DNA from: an uncultured Spirochaetota bacterium | GTDB lineage: Bacteria > Spirochaetota > UBA4802 > UBA5550 | Direction: 5' to 3' | Length of the DNA: 64,000 bases | NCBI GenBank assembly: GCA_963827275.1 | Contig: CAWHAA010000004.1 | Span: 486,847 to 550,846, forward strand | Shown here: positions 40,482 to 49,654 of the stretch, one piece after another | Numbering within the stretch: position 1 is the stretch's first letter | How the letters are laid out: each line of letters opens with the position of its first letter | Translations under genes and position numbers: made by a program | Notes under the pieces: model-generated | The model's input: only the letters and a program-made list of their open reading frames with translations | Databases searched by the model: none | Told to the model about the DNA's origin: nothing

Positions 40482-41541
40482 AGTATTCATGAGCGGGAAC
40501 CACACCTTCGCCGAGTCCGCCATCCGGGCCGGCTGCAGGTGCTATTTCGGCTATCCCATTACCCCGCAGAACGAGCTTGGCGAGTACATGGCCGACCACA
40601 TGCGGAAGGCCGGCGGCGTGTTCATCCAATCCGAAAGCGAGACCGCGGCCATCAACATGGTGATCGGCGCGGCGGCGACCGGGACCAGGGCAATGACCTC
40701 CTCCTCGAGCCCGGGCATCAGCCTGAAGCAGGAGGGCATCTCCTTCCTCGCCGGGTTTGAGCTCCCCGCGGTCATCGTGAACGTGATGCGCGGCGGCCCG
40801 GGACTGGGCAACATCGCGCCGGCCCAGGGCGACTACTTCCAGGCGACCCGCGGCGGCGGGCACGGCGACTACCGGACGCCGGTGTTCGCGCCGGCCTCGG
40901 TGCAGGAGATCGCCGACCTCACGCTGCATGCCTTCAACGTCGCTGACAAATATCGCACGCCGGTCATGCTCCTTTCCGACGGCATGATGGGCCAGATGAA
41001 GGAGCCGGTCGTGTTCCCCGAGCCGGTCAAAGAACTGCCGGCAAAGGAGTGGGCGCTGAAAGGAAGGGGCGAGGGCCCCAGCCGGTACCTCTGCTCCCTC
41101 ATCCTTGACGCGCTGGAGATGGAGCGCCACAACTGGAAGCTGGTGCGCAAGTATAACGAGATCGAAAAGAATGAAGTGAAGTTCGAAGAATACATGATCG
41201 ATGACGCCGAAATTGTCGTCATAGCGTACGGCACCACCGCGCGCATCGCCAAGGGCGCGATCAAGCGGGTGCGCAAGGACGGCGTCCGCGCGGGTATGAT
41301 ACGGCCCATCTCCCTCTGGCCCTTTCCCAAGAAGGTGCTGAACGATCTTGCGGGCCGGATCAGGCAGTTCATCGTGTTCGAGATGAGCACCGGCCAGATG
41401 CTGGAGGATGTCCAGATCGCCCTCGAGGGAAAGGCGGACATCACGTTCCACGGCCGGCCCGGGGGCACGGTGCCCACACCGGTTGAGTTCGCGCGGATAA
41501 TATACCGTGAATACCAGAAAACAGCGAAGAAAGAAAAATGA
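40471..41541 (+). CDS. korA: 2-oxoacid:ferredoxin oxidoreductase alpha subunit
   Basis: GNHTFAESAIRAGCRCYFGYPITPQNE...ETAAINMVIGAAATGTRAMTSSS typical KorA/VorA N-terminus. Confidence 0.9.
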   Translation: MMSKVFMSGNHTFAESAIRAGCRCYFGYPITPQNELGEYMADHMRKAGGVFIQSESETAAINMVIGAAATGTRAMTSSSSPGISLKQEGISFLAGFELPAVIVNVMRGGPGLGNIAPAQGDYFQATRGGGHGDYRTPVFAPASVQEIADLTLHAFNVADKYRTPVMLLSDGMMGQMKEPVVFPEPVKELPAKEWALKGRGEGPSRYLCSLILDALEMERHNWKLVRKYNEIEKNEVKFEEYMIDDAEIVVIAYGTTARIAKGAIKRVRKDGVRAGMIRPISLWPFPKKVLNDLAGRIRQFIVFEMSTGQMLEDVQIALEGKADITFHGRPGGTVPTPVEFARIIYREYQKTAKKEK

Positions 41542-42290
41542 AACTGAAAAACGCATGGCCCCGGTATTATAAAAAGGACGTGGTCACCCACTACTGCCCC
41601 GGGTGCGGCCACGGCATCGTGCACCGCATCGTCGCCGAGGTGCTGGAGGAGATGGACCTTGGCAAGCGCGCCATCTGCGTGAACCCTGCCGGGTGCGCGG
41701 TGCTCGCTTATCTCTATTTTGATTTCGACGTGATCGAATCCGCCCACGGCCGGGGCACGGCCATCGCCACCGGCGTCAAGCGCTCGCGGCCCGACCTGTT
41801 CGTGTTCACCTACCAGGGCGACGGGGACCTCTCCGCCATCGGCACCGCCGAGACCATACACTCTGCCAACCGGGGCGAGAACATCTGCGTTATTTTCATC
41901 AACAACGCGGTGTACGGCATGACCGGCGGGCAGCTCGCCCCCACCTCGCTCATCAATATGAAGACGACCACCACGCCCGCGGGGCGTGACCCGAAATATG
42001 ACGGCTATCCCCTTCACATAACTGACGTTGTGGCGCAGTTCCCCGGCGTTGTCTACGCCGAACGGGTGGCCGTGGACGGCCCTGCCGGCATCAGGAAGAC
42101 GAAGAAAGCGATCGCCAACGCCTTTCAAACGCAGGTTGACGGGCTCGGGTATTCGATCATCGAAGTCCTGTCACCCTGCCCGACGAACTGGAAGCTTTCC
42201 CCGGTGGATTCCTTCAAGTGGATCACCGAGGTGATGGCGAAGGAATATCCTACGGGCGTGCTGACCGACAAGAGGAGCAAGAAGGAATAA
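41538..42290 (+). CDS. korB: 2-oxoacid:ferredoxin oxidoreductase beta subunit (TPP-binding)
   Basis: HYCPGCGHG Cys motif, TPP fold GDGD...NN (QGDGDLSAIG...FINNAVYGMTGGQ). Confidence 0.9.
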   Translation: MKLKNAWPRYYKKDVVTHYCPGCGHGIVHRIVAEVLEEMDLGKRAICVNPAGCAVLAYLYFDFDVIESAHGRGTAIATGVKRSRPDLFVFTYQGDGDLSAIGTAETIHSANRGENICVIFINNAVYGMTGGQLAPTSLINMKTTTTPAGRDPKYDGYPLHITDVVAQFPGVVYAERVAVDGPAGIRKTKKAIANAFQTQVDGLGYSIIEVLSPCPTNWKLSPVDSFKWITEVMAKEYPTGVLTDKRSKKE

Positions 42291-42291
42291 T

Positions 42292-42831
42292 ATGCTGGTA
42301 AGAATATTAGCGGCCGGTTCCGGGGGGCAGGGGGTCCTGACCATCGGCAATACCCTCGGTAACGCGGCGATGATGGATGACTACTTCGTGACCTACCTCC
42401 CATCGTACGGCGCGGCCATGCGGGGCGGAACGGCCAACTGCACGCTCTGCATTTCGGACGAGGAGGTGGCGTCGCCCGTTGCGTCTGCGCCGGACATCCT
42501 CGTGGCAATGAACCAGCCGTCTCTCATGGCCTTCATCACCAGGCTCGAGGCGGGCGGCCAGCTCCTCTATAACGCTGATCTTGTCGATTTTGTGCCCGAG
42601 CGGGGCGACATTGACATGTTCGCGGCGCCGGTGAACCGCCTGGGCCGCGAGCTGGGGAGCGAGCGTTCGGCCAACATGGTCATGCTCGGGGCCCTGGTAA
42701 AGATGACGGATATAATCAAGATCGATACGATATTCAAGAGCGTCGAGATGATGATGGGGTCTAAAAAGAAGCTTGCCGAATCGAGCATCCATGCTATAAA
42801 GGCCGGATACGACGGGTTTCCGTTTAAATGA
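42292..42831 (+). CDS. korC: 2-oxoacid:ferredoxin oxidoreductase gamma subunit
   Basis: ILAAGSGGQGVLTIGNTLGNAAM...SYGAAMRGG typical gamma-subunit N-terminus. Confidence 0.85.
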   Translation: MLVRILAAGSGGQGVLTIGNTLGNAAMMDDYFVTYLPSYGAAMRGGTANCTLCISDEEVASPVASAPDILVAMNQPSLMAFITRLEAGGQLLYNADLVDFVPERGDIDMFAAPVNRLGRELGSERSANMVMLGALVKMTDIIKIDTIFKSVEMMMGSKKKLAESSIHAIKAGYDGFPFK

Positions 42832-42869
42832 CCTCCGGCGATTAAAGCATTATTAAAAGGATACACACC

Positions 42870-43298
42870 ATGTCAATAACCCAGGTCTCAATCGCGGTTG
42901 ACAACGCACCCGGCAGCCTCTACCGGGCGAGCTCGATCCTCGAGAAAGAGCAGATAAACATTAAGGCCATCATGGCGGCCACTGATCTGAGCCCCGTGCA
43001 GGTGCATATGGTCGTTGACGATCCGGACAGGGCGGTGAAAGTGCTGGAGATGAACCGTTTCACGGTTACCACCAAAGAGGTCATCGCCGTGGCCGCTCCC
43101 GATCATCCCGGCGGGCTCAACGCCATCCTCAGGCCGCTCATCGAGGCGAAGGTCAACATCGACGCCATGTATCCCTTTATCTATCTCAAGGGCGATGAGG
43201 CGGTCCTGATCCTTGATGTTGATAAGATAAAGGAAGCCAGGGAGGTGCTGAAAAAGCACTGGGTGAAGACTTACGGCGGCGAGATATACAAGTCATAG
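42870..43298 (+). CDS. tandem ACT-domain protein
   Basis: two beta-alpha-beta-beta-alpha-beta ACT-like units (VSIAVDNAPGSLYRASSIL...; IAVAAPDHPGGLNAILRPL...). Confidence 0.75.
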   Translation: MSITQVSIAVDNAPGSLYRASSILEKEQINIKAIMAATDLSPVQVHMVVDDPDRAVKVLEMNRFTVTTKEVIAVAAPDHPGGLNAILRPLIEAKVNIDAMYPFIYLKGDEAVLILDVDKIKEAREVLKKHWVKTYGGEIYKS

Positions 43299-43307
43299 GG
43301 CGGGTTG

Positions 43308-43439
43308 CCGATAGTTATCGGTACTGTTTAAGTATTAATTTACTCTGACCCTGCGACGTCACACATTAATTCCGATAGTTATCGGTAATAAAGTTACTCT
43401 GACCCCGCAATCACATGCAAGAATCCCGATAGTTATCGG
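43308..43439 (+). repeat. composite repeat array: 3 x CCGATAGTTATCGG(TA) palindrome interleaved with 2 x TT(T)ACTCTGACCC(C)
   Basis: palindromes at 43308-43321, 43372-43385, 43426-43439; cores at 43339-43351, 43394-43406; spacer 43407-43425 (gcaatcacatgcaag...) recurs at 48698-48715. Confidence 0.8.
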
Positions 43440-43499
43440 TAAAAAGGCAGAAAACGCTGGTTCTATCTTCCCGGTCTGTCCCGCTCCACCGACCGCAAT

Positions 43500-45350
43500 T
43501 CAGCGTATTATTTCGTTTCTGTTCCGCAGGGATTCAATCTCTCGGTTGATCATGGCCTTGATTTCCCGGTCCTTTCCCCCGCGCATGTATCCGAGCATCT
43601 CGATGATGTTCCTGGCGGACAGGACCCGCGGGACAAACACGTAATCGGCCCCTTCCGCGTACATCTTCAGGGCCCGCTCTATGCTCTCGGCGGTAACGAT
43701 TATTTTCGCCTCCGGGCAGATTTCTTTCATATGCCTGATGATCCTCAGGTTATCGGTCCCAACGAGTATCGTGTCAGGTATGGTTGATATGACGATTTTC
43801 GCGTCATGGATGCCCGCGTGATGCAATGTGTCAGGGTGGCTGATGTCCCCGTACACGACCTTGATCCCCATGCTCTGGAGTGACTCGTGTATCTCCGGAT
43901 TGAAATCCACGACTATTATCTTGTTCTTCAGCGGGATCCCGTCTGCGTCGTTGCCGGTTTCAATTATATCATGCAGCAGGGAGCTTGCGGTGCGGAAGAA
44001 TCCGAGTATGGCGATCTCCCTGCTGTGTGCCGCTCCATCCTTCTCTTCCGCGGATTTGATCTCCCTGAATCCGATTTTTTTCAGCAGGGACGCCCCGCCT
44101 TTCTGGATGGCGTCGCTGTATTTAATCATGTAGGTCGATACGATCGAGGTGATGACGAAGACGAATATTATTATCGACATCGTGTCGCGTGAAATATGGC
44201 CGGCCGTCACGCCGAGGGCGGCGATGACCAGCGAGAATTCGCTGATCTGGGCGAGGTTGATGGGCGTCAGGAGGCTTACGCGAAGGCCGTTTTTCAATGA
44301 ATAGAGTACGGGGAAGACGGCCAGGAACCGGGACGCTATTAAAAACAGCGATACAACCGCGGCCGTTGCGAGTATCGCGGTATTATCGAGCGGGTTGGGT
44401 ATCTGCATGCCCAGCGACACGAAAAAGAGCGTGACGAAAAAATCCCTGATATTGACCACCTTCGCAATAACGTCGAGGTTGTAGGGAAAGGTTGATATCG
44501 AAACGCCCGCGATCAGCGCCCCCATTTCGAGGGAGAGGTTCAGGAAATTCGCCGCGCCGCAGACCAGGAAGCACCATCCAAGCGAGGAAACAAGCACAAG
44601 CTCCGGGACCTTTGCGACCGACTTGAATACCCGGGGTAATATATATTTGCTGATCAGCATGCTGACTGCGACGAGGAGCAATCCCCTGCCGAAGGAGAGC
44701 AGAATCTGGACAATGTCGGGGTTTGCCAGGTTCGGCTGTATGCCCAGAAGAAGTATTGCCCAGAGGTCCTGGAACACGAGGATCCCCAGCGTAAGCCTGC
44801 CGGCCAGCGTGTCCAGCTCGAATTTTCCATACAGAAGCTTGACGACTATCGCGGTACTGCTGAGGCCGCAGCACGTGGCCAGGTAAAGGAGGTCATAGGT
44901 GCCCGTGCCCAGAGTGTAACCCATCAGGAGGAAAAATCCAATGCCGAGGGCCAGCGTTAAAGGGAATTGGGTGAGTCCACCGATGATGAGTGATTTTCCC
45001 GATTCTTTCAGCTTCTTAATGTCTATCTCGAGTCCGATCAGGAAAAGGAGCAGTATGAGGCCGAAATGGGATATTGTTTCGATGTCATGAGCGTTCTGTA
45101 TGAGCCCCAACCCCATGGCGGGCCCGATCACTATTCCGGCTGCCAGGTATGCCAGGAGGAGCGGCTGCTTGAGAAGGTGGCCGAGGTACGCCATGACAGT
45201 AGCCGCAAGTATTGCTATGCCGACGCCGCTGATCATGGTGTCGCCCCTGCCGCCCTCCGATTCGGCTGCGGTCAGTGATGCAGCCAGGGTCAGTAGCATT
45301 ATTATTGTATATAAAAGGCAATAACGGATCGGTTCTGATGTTGTCCTCAT
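43500..45350 (-). CDS. monovalent cation:proton antiporter-2 (CPA2, Kef-type) with C-terminal TrkA-N/TrkA-C regulatory domains
   Basis: 12-13 TM Na_H_Exchanger-like core; Rossmann-like gate IIVVDFNPEIHESL... Confidence 0.85.
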   Translation of the reverse strand: MRTTSEPIRYCLLYTIIMLLTLAASLTAAESEGGRGDTMISGVGIAILAATVMAYLGHLLKQPLLLAYLAAGIVIGPAMGLGLIQNAHDIETISHFGLILLLFLIGLEIDIKKLKESGKSLIIGGLTQFPLTLALGIGFFLLMGYTLGTGTYDLLYLATCCGLSSTAIVVKLLYGKFELDTLAGRLTLGILVFQDLWAILLLGIQPNLANPDIVQILLSFGRGLLLVAVSMLISKYILPRVFKSVAKVPELVLVSSLGWCFLVCGAANFLNLSLEMGALIAGVSISTFPYNLDVIAKVVNIRDFFVTLFFVSLGMQIPNPLDNTAILATAAVVSLFLIASRFLAVFPVLYSLKNGLRVSLLTPINLAQISEFSLVIAALGVTAGHISRDTMSIIIFVFVITSIVSTYMIKYSDAIQKGGASLLKKIGFREIKSAEEKDGAAHSREIAILGFFRTASSLLHDIIETGNDADGIPLKNKIIVVDFNPEIHESLQSMGIKVVYGDISHPDTLHHAGIHDAKIVISTIPDTILVGTDNLRIIRHMKEICPEAKIIVTAESIERALKMYAEGADYVFVPRVLSARNIIEMLGYMRGGKDREIKAMINREIESLRNRNEIIR

Positions 45351-45359
45351 GGTGCCTCC

Positions 45360-45770
45360 TCAATGCAGGTTCGGGTTTTCTTTTTGCTTCATCAGAAATG
45401 ACTTGAATCGTTCAGATTGCACTATGGCCCTGCAGGTAAAGAGCGAAATGGTAAAGGCCAGGTAGAAATACCCGAAAAAAACCTGTGTTGCTGCGATGAT
45501 CTTGCCGCCCATGGTCGCCGGTATTATATCACCGTATCCCACGGTCGTCTGGGATGTTATGCTGAAGTAAAAATGGTCCAGGTAGGAGGTCGTGTGGCTT
45601 AGTGCCGGCTCGCAGGTGTTGTATTTCAGCGATGGGGCCCCCTCAAAAAAGGGGAGCATCAGGTAATAGCAGAGTGAATAGATCACCGCTGTGCCGAGAT
45701 ACAAACAGATTACCAGGTATGTGCTCCGGGGATTATTGATGATATTCCACGCATTGATCTTCATGGTCAT
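45360..45770 (-). CDS. two-TM potassium channel (pore-loop, TVGYGD selectivity filter)
   Basis: FYFSITSQTTVGYGDIIPAT selectivity-filter signature between two TM helices; 136 aa; low GC. Confidence 0.75.
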   Translation of the reverse strand: MTMKINAWNIINNPRSTYLVICLYLGTAVIYSLCYYLMLPFFEGAPSLKYNTCEPALSHTTSYLDHFYFSITSQTTVGYGDIIPATMGGKIIAATQVFFGYFYLAFTISLFTCRAIVQSERFKSFLMKQKENPNLH

Positions 45771-45990
45771 GCTTCCTGTTTTGTGGATTGTTTTCTATAG
45801 TATCTATCGTCAGGCGGTGAAAAGTGATTAATATACAAAAATAAAATAATAGACATTAATGTCCTGATATATTAATTTGTTTGTATGGCTTCCTTGTGTT
45901 AATGAGGAAGGCCATCTTGTCGCAATGTTCTCTTGGTTTTTCATGCAGCCGGTTCAGGTAATGATTAAAATCAATTACAAAGGAGCAAGC

Positions 45991-46857
45991 ATGCTGCTGC
46001 CTCCGCGAAGAATCCTGCTCGCAACAGACCTGAGCGCTCGAAGCGATCGGGCACAGGACCGGGCCGTATCGCTCATGAAGATGTGGAATTCCGAGCTTGT
46101 GGCCCTCCATGTCCTGGAGGCGCCGAATGAAATCGGCGGAATCGCCCACATCCCTTTTTTCCCCTATCACAGGCCCAATGACCGGCGCATATTTAAGGCG
46201 CGGAATCAATTGCTTGAATCCATTGGCGATATCGGTCCGCGCATAACCGTGCGCATCGAGGAAGGCGTGCCGCATGAGGCTATCATCCGGATTTCAGAGG
46301 AGGAGGGGTGTGATCTCATCGTCTGCGGCGTCGCGCGCAACGAGGTCCTCGGGCGCTTCACGCTGGGGAAAACGGCCGATCGTCTCATGCGCAAATCGGA
46401 CAGGTCTATGCTGGTGGTGACCGAGCGTGTTCTGGCGCCCTACCGGAAAATCGTGGCAATAACCGACTTGTCGGAAGAATCGAAAAGGGCGATCGAGGTC
46501 GCTTCGAACTGGTTTCCCGAGCAGATGCTATCGGTATTGTACGCGTATTCCGCTCCCCGCTCGTCCTCGGTTGATAATATCGACGACTATCGAGAAAAGA
46601 TGCGTCAGGTGGCGCAGCGCGATCTCATAAAATTTCTTGATTCGGCTGACGTGGCCGTTGAACGGCGCGCGCGCATCACTATGCTGGTCGAATTCGGGAA
46701 GGCAACAACCCTCATCAATGGCCTGCTTCAATTTTCCGATGTGGGGCTGGTTGTCGCGGGTCTGCACAGACGCGGTTTTTTATTCGATGCCGTTTTCGAC
46801 AGTGAGGCAAAGCGCATCATATCCTCCCTTTCCTGTGATGCCTTGATCGTCCGATGA
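45991..46857 (+). CDS. universal stress protein (tandem UspA domains)
   Basis: ORF from 45877; RBS AAAGGAG before ATG 45991; two Usp-like halves (ILLATDLSARSD... and KIVAITDLSEES...). Confidence 0.75.
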   Translation: MLLPPRRILLATDLSARSDRAQDRAVSLMKMWNSELVALHVLEAPNEIGGIAHIPFFPYHRPNDRRIFKARNQLLESIGDIGPRITVRIEEGVPHEAIIRISEEEGCDLIVCGVARNEVLGRFTLGKTADRLMRKSDRSMLVVTERVLAPYRKIVAITDLSEESKRAIEVASNWFPEQMLSVLYAYSAPRSSSVDNIDDYREKMRQVAQRDLIKFLDSADVAVERRARITMLVEFGKATTLINGLLQFSDVGLVVAGLHRRGFLFDAVFDSEAKRIISSLSCDALIVR

Positions 46858-46983
46858 AACTGCATGTGGAGTGCTGCTATACGGCCCATGCGTGGGTCTG
46901 TGCGCCAGCTGCCGATTGTAACGGTCGTCGGTCCAGGAAGCAATAATACGTTTTGCCTTTTTGCTGTCACGGATATAATCGGA

Positions 46984-48678
46984 ATGACTATGAACGAATA
47001 CAATGTATTGATGACATTCGTCGGAAGCCTGGCGGCCGCACTGGTTCTCGGATATTTGGCCCAGTGGCTGAAAATATCACCCATCGTCGGCTACCTCCTG
47101 GCCGGCATAGCCGTTGGCCCGTTTACTCCCGGCTTCACGGCACAGCAGGCGATTGCCCATCAGTTCGCGGAAATCGGCGTGATCCTTCTGCTTTTCGGCA
47201 TAGGGCTGAGGTTCCATCTCCGCGAGCTGGCCGCCGTATGGCGGATCGCGGTGCCGGGCGCAATAATCCAGAGCGCTTTTTCAACTGCGGTGATGGCGGG
47301 CTTGTTGCACCTGCTTGGCTGGAGCTGGAGCTCCGGGGTCGTCCTCGGCCTCGCGATTTCTGTCGCGAGCACTGTCGTCATGGCCCTTGTGCTTGCGGAG
47401 CGGCACGACCTGCACGCGCCCATAGGACACATCGCCATTGGGTGGACGGTCGTTGAGGACATCCTCACCGTTGCATACCTTCTTCTCCTTCCGATTGTTT
47501 TTTCCGGCGATGGCGCTGGCGGCAGGGAGGCGGGATGGGCGCTCGCGATAACCGCGCTAAAAATTATCGGTTTGGCCGGCTCTGTTGTTGTCCTCGGCCG
47601 CTGGGTTATTCCATGGGCGCTGGAACGAATAGCGGTTACCCGTTCGCGTGAATTGTTTACTCTGTCAGTCCTGGTCATTGCCATGGGCATTGCTGTCGGG
47701 TCCTCGAAACTTTTCGGTGTTTCCATGGCCCTAGGGGCTTTTCTTGCGGGACTCGCGGTCGGCCGATCGGAATTCGCCGCCCGGGCCGGCGGTGATGCCC
47801 TGCCGATGCGCGACGCTTTCGCCGTGCTCTTCTTTGTTTCCATCGGTATGATGTTTGATCCCCGAAGTCTCGTAAACGAGGCGTTGGTCATTGTCGTTGT
47901 TCTATCGGTAGTGCTCGTCGGCAAGCCGCTTTCCACCTTGCTTACGGTACGCATCCTTGGCAGACCGCTGTCAACAGCAATTCCCGTCGGCGCGGCCCTT
48001 TCGCAGGTGGGGGAATTCAGCTTCATTCTCGGGGTCGTCGCCAGGGATCTCAACCTGTTGAGTGAAGCCGGCTGGAATGCAATGATAGCCGCGTCAATTA
48101 TATCAATTGCTCTTAATCCATCAATTTACCGGTTTGCGCGGCGTATCTCTTCACGGGCGGCAAAAAGCGTGCCTCCCGCCGGTGAGCGGCCGGCGGTCGA
48201 TCCCCGGAAGTGCATTCTGGTCGGCTACGGGCCGGTCGGCAAAACCGTGCACCGCCTCCTGGCCGAACGCGGCGCGGTACTAACGGTAATAGAATTGAAT
48301 CTTGATACGGTCCGCCGCCTGAAGGCCGAAGGATGCAATGCTCTCTATGGCGACGTATTAAGACAGGGGACGCTGGAAGAGGCGGGCATAGCCGAGTCAG
48401 GAAGTCTCATTATTTCAGCCGATGTCGATGATGCGGCGGAGATCGTCAGACGGGCGTGCATTCTGAACAAGGACCTGCGTATTCTCGTGCGGTGCGCGCA
48501 TCTCCGCGATGTCCCGGCTATCCGGAAAGCGGGGGCGACGGTTGTGGCTGCGGGTGAAGTTGAAGTGGCGGTTGCGCTTGCCGAAGCGGTTATCGAGGAG
48601 CATGGTTTGGATAACGGTGTTATGGCCGTGCGGCGTAAGGACATTCGCAGGGGCCTGTATGAGCCCTCTTCTGACTGA
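46984..48678 (+). CDS. CPA2 cation:proton antiporter (KefB/KefC-like) with C-terminal TrkA-N (KTN) domain
   Basis: ORF from 46864, likely start MTMNEYNV; 12-13 TM; KTN NAD-binding KCILVGYGPVGKTVHRLLAERG. Confidence 0.85.
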   Translation: MTMNEYNVLMTFVGSLAAALVLGYLAQWLKISPIVGYLLAGIAVGPFTPGFTAQQAIAHQFAEIGVILLLFGIGLRFHLRELAAVWRIAVPGAIIQSAFSTAVMAGLLHLLGWSWSSGVVLGLAISVASTVVMALVLAERHDLHAPIGHIAIGWTVVEDILTVAYLLLLPIVFSGDGAGGREAGWALAITALKIIGLAGSVVVLGRWVIPWALERIAVTRSRELFTLSVLVIAMGIAVGSSKLFGVSMALGAFLAGLAVGRSEFAARAGGDALPMRDAFAVLFFVSIGMMFDPRSLVNEALVIVVVLSVVLVGKPLSTLLTVRILGRPLSTAIPVGAALSQVGEFSFILGVVARDLNLLSEAGWNAMIAASIISIALNPSIYRFARRISSRAAKSVPPAGERPAVDPRKCILVGYGPVGKTVHRLLAERGAVLTVIELNLDTVRRLKAEGCNALYGDVLRQGTLEEAGIAESGSLIISADVDDAAEIVRRACILNKDLRILVRCAHLRDVPAIRKAGATVVAAGEVEVAVALAEAVIEEHGLDNGVMAVRRKDIRRGLYEPSSD

Positions 48679-48682
48679 TTAT

Positions 48683-48729
48683 TTACTCTGACTCCCGCAA
48701 TCACCTGCAATGATACCGATAGTTATCGG
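48683..48729 (+). repeat. composite repeat unit TTTACTCTGACTCCC-N18-CCGATAGTTATCGG
   Basis: 5 nt after the antiporter stop; near-identical to the unit at 43394-43439. Confidence 0.75.
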
Positions 48730-48886
48730 TAAGAAAAGCAGCAGTACTGTCATAAACCTGATTGTTTCGAATAAAATGTCGGTTATTTGGGACAGTTATA
48801 AAATACTTCTTGAAAATTCACCTTATACGCTGACCATCACCCCTGTCATTAAGAATCCATCAGACGGCCACGGCCGCGGAGAAAGC

Positions 48887-49654
48887 ATGATCACACTCGG
48901 CATCGACATCGGTTCAATCACCACCAAGGCGGCGGTCGTAAAGGACGGGAAGCTCCTCGGGACGCGGGTGGGCTTTACCGGCTACAATATCGAAAAGGCC
49001 TGGCGGCACGTCACGGAAGAGCTCCTCGGCGGGCTGGGGCTTGAATTTTCCTCACTGGAGAAGATCGTCTCCACCGGTTACGGCAGGGCAAGTGTCGAGC
49101 CGGCCCACAAGTCTGTCACCGAGATCACCTGTCATGCCGCGGGGGCGCATTTCTGCGCGCCGCACATCCGTTCCATCATTGATATCGGCGGCCAGGACTC
49201 GAAATCGATCGTCCTCGACGAGAATGGGAAAGTAAAGGATTTCGTCATGAATGACAAGTGCGCGGCCGGCACCGGTCGCTTCCTCGAGGTCATGGCGCGG
49301 GCGCTGCAGATTGATCTTGAGGATTTCGGCGATATCTCCCTCATGGCGGAAAAGCCGGGGAAGATATCGAGCCTCTGCACGGTGTTTGCCGAGTCGGAGG
49401 TCATCTCCCTCATCTCCCGGGGGGAGTCGCGTGAAAATATCGTTGCCGGCATCCACGAGTCGATCGCGATGCGGATCTCGGCCATGGCCAACCGTGTGGG
49501 CGTGCGGCCGCCGCTCATGATGACCGGCGGCGTGGCCAAGAATGTCGGCGTGGTGAGGGCGCTGGAGAAGAAGCTCGGCATGCCGATTGAAGTGTCGGAG
49601 CACGCGCAGGTGATGGGCGCCATCGGCGCGGCGGTGCTGGCCAGGGATGTGTGA
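48887..49654 (+). CDS. acyl-CoA dehydratase activase-type ATPase (BadF/BadG/BcrA/BcrD / HgdC-like, CoA-substrate-specific enzyme activase)
   Basis: ORF from 48710; start ATG 48887 (MITLGIDIGSITTKAAV); actin-like ATPase phosphate-1 motif; bridging Cys pair context ...KCAAGTGRFLE...; 255 aa. Confidence 0.8.
   Translation: MITLGIDIGSITTKAAVVKDGKLLGTRVGFTGYNIEKAWRHVTEELLGGLGLEFSSLEKIVSTGYGRASVEPAHKSVTEITCHAAGAHFCAPHIRSIIDIGGQDSKSIVLDENGKVKDFVMNDKCAAGTGRFLEVMARALQIDLEDFGDISLMAEKPGKISSLCTVFAESEVISLISRGESRENIVAGIHESIAMRISAMANRVGVRPPLMMTGGVAKNVGVVRALEKKLGMPIEVSEHAQVMGAIGAAVLARDV

Noticed and set aside
43308-43439. Possible CRISPR array (short repeats with ~50-bp spacing)
   Set aside because: The repeat unit is only 14-16 bp and is a palindrome. 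The 'spacers' are themselves conserved (they contain the TTACTCTGACCCC core and recur at 48698-48715). No cas genes are nearby. It fits a REP/BIME-like interspersed repeat rather than CRISPR.
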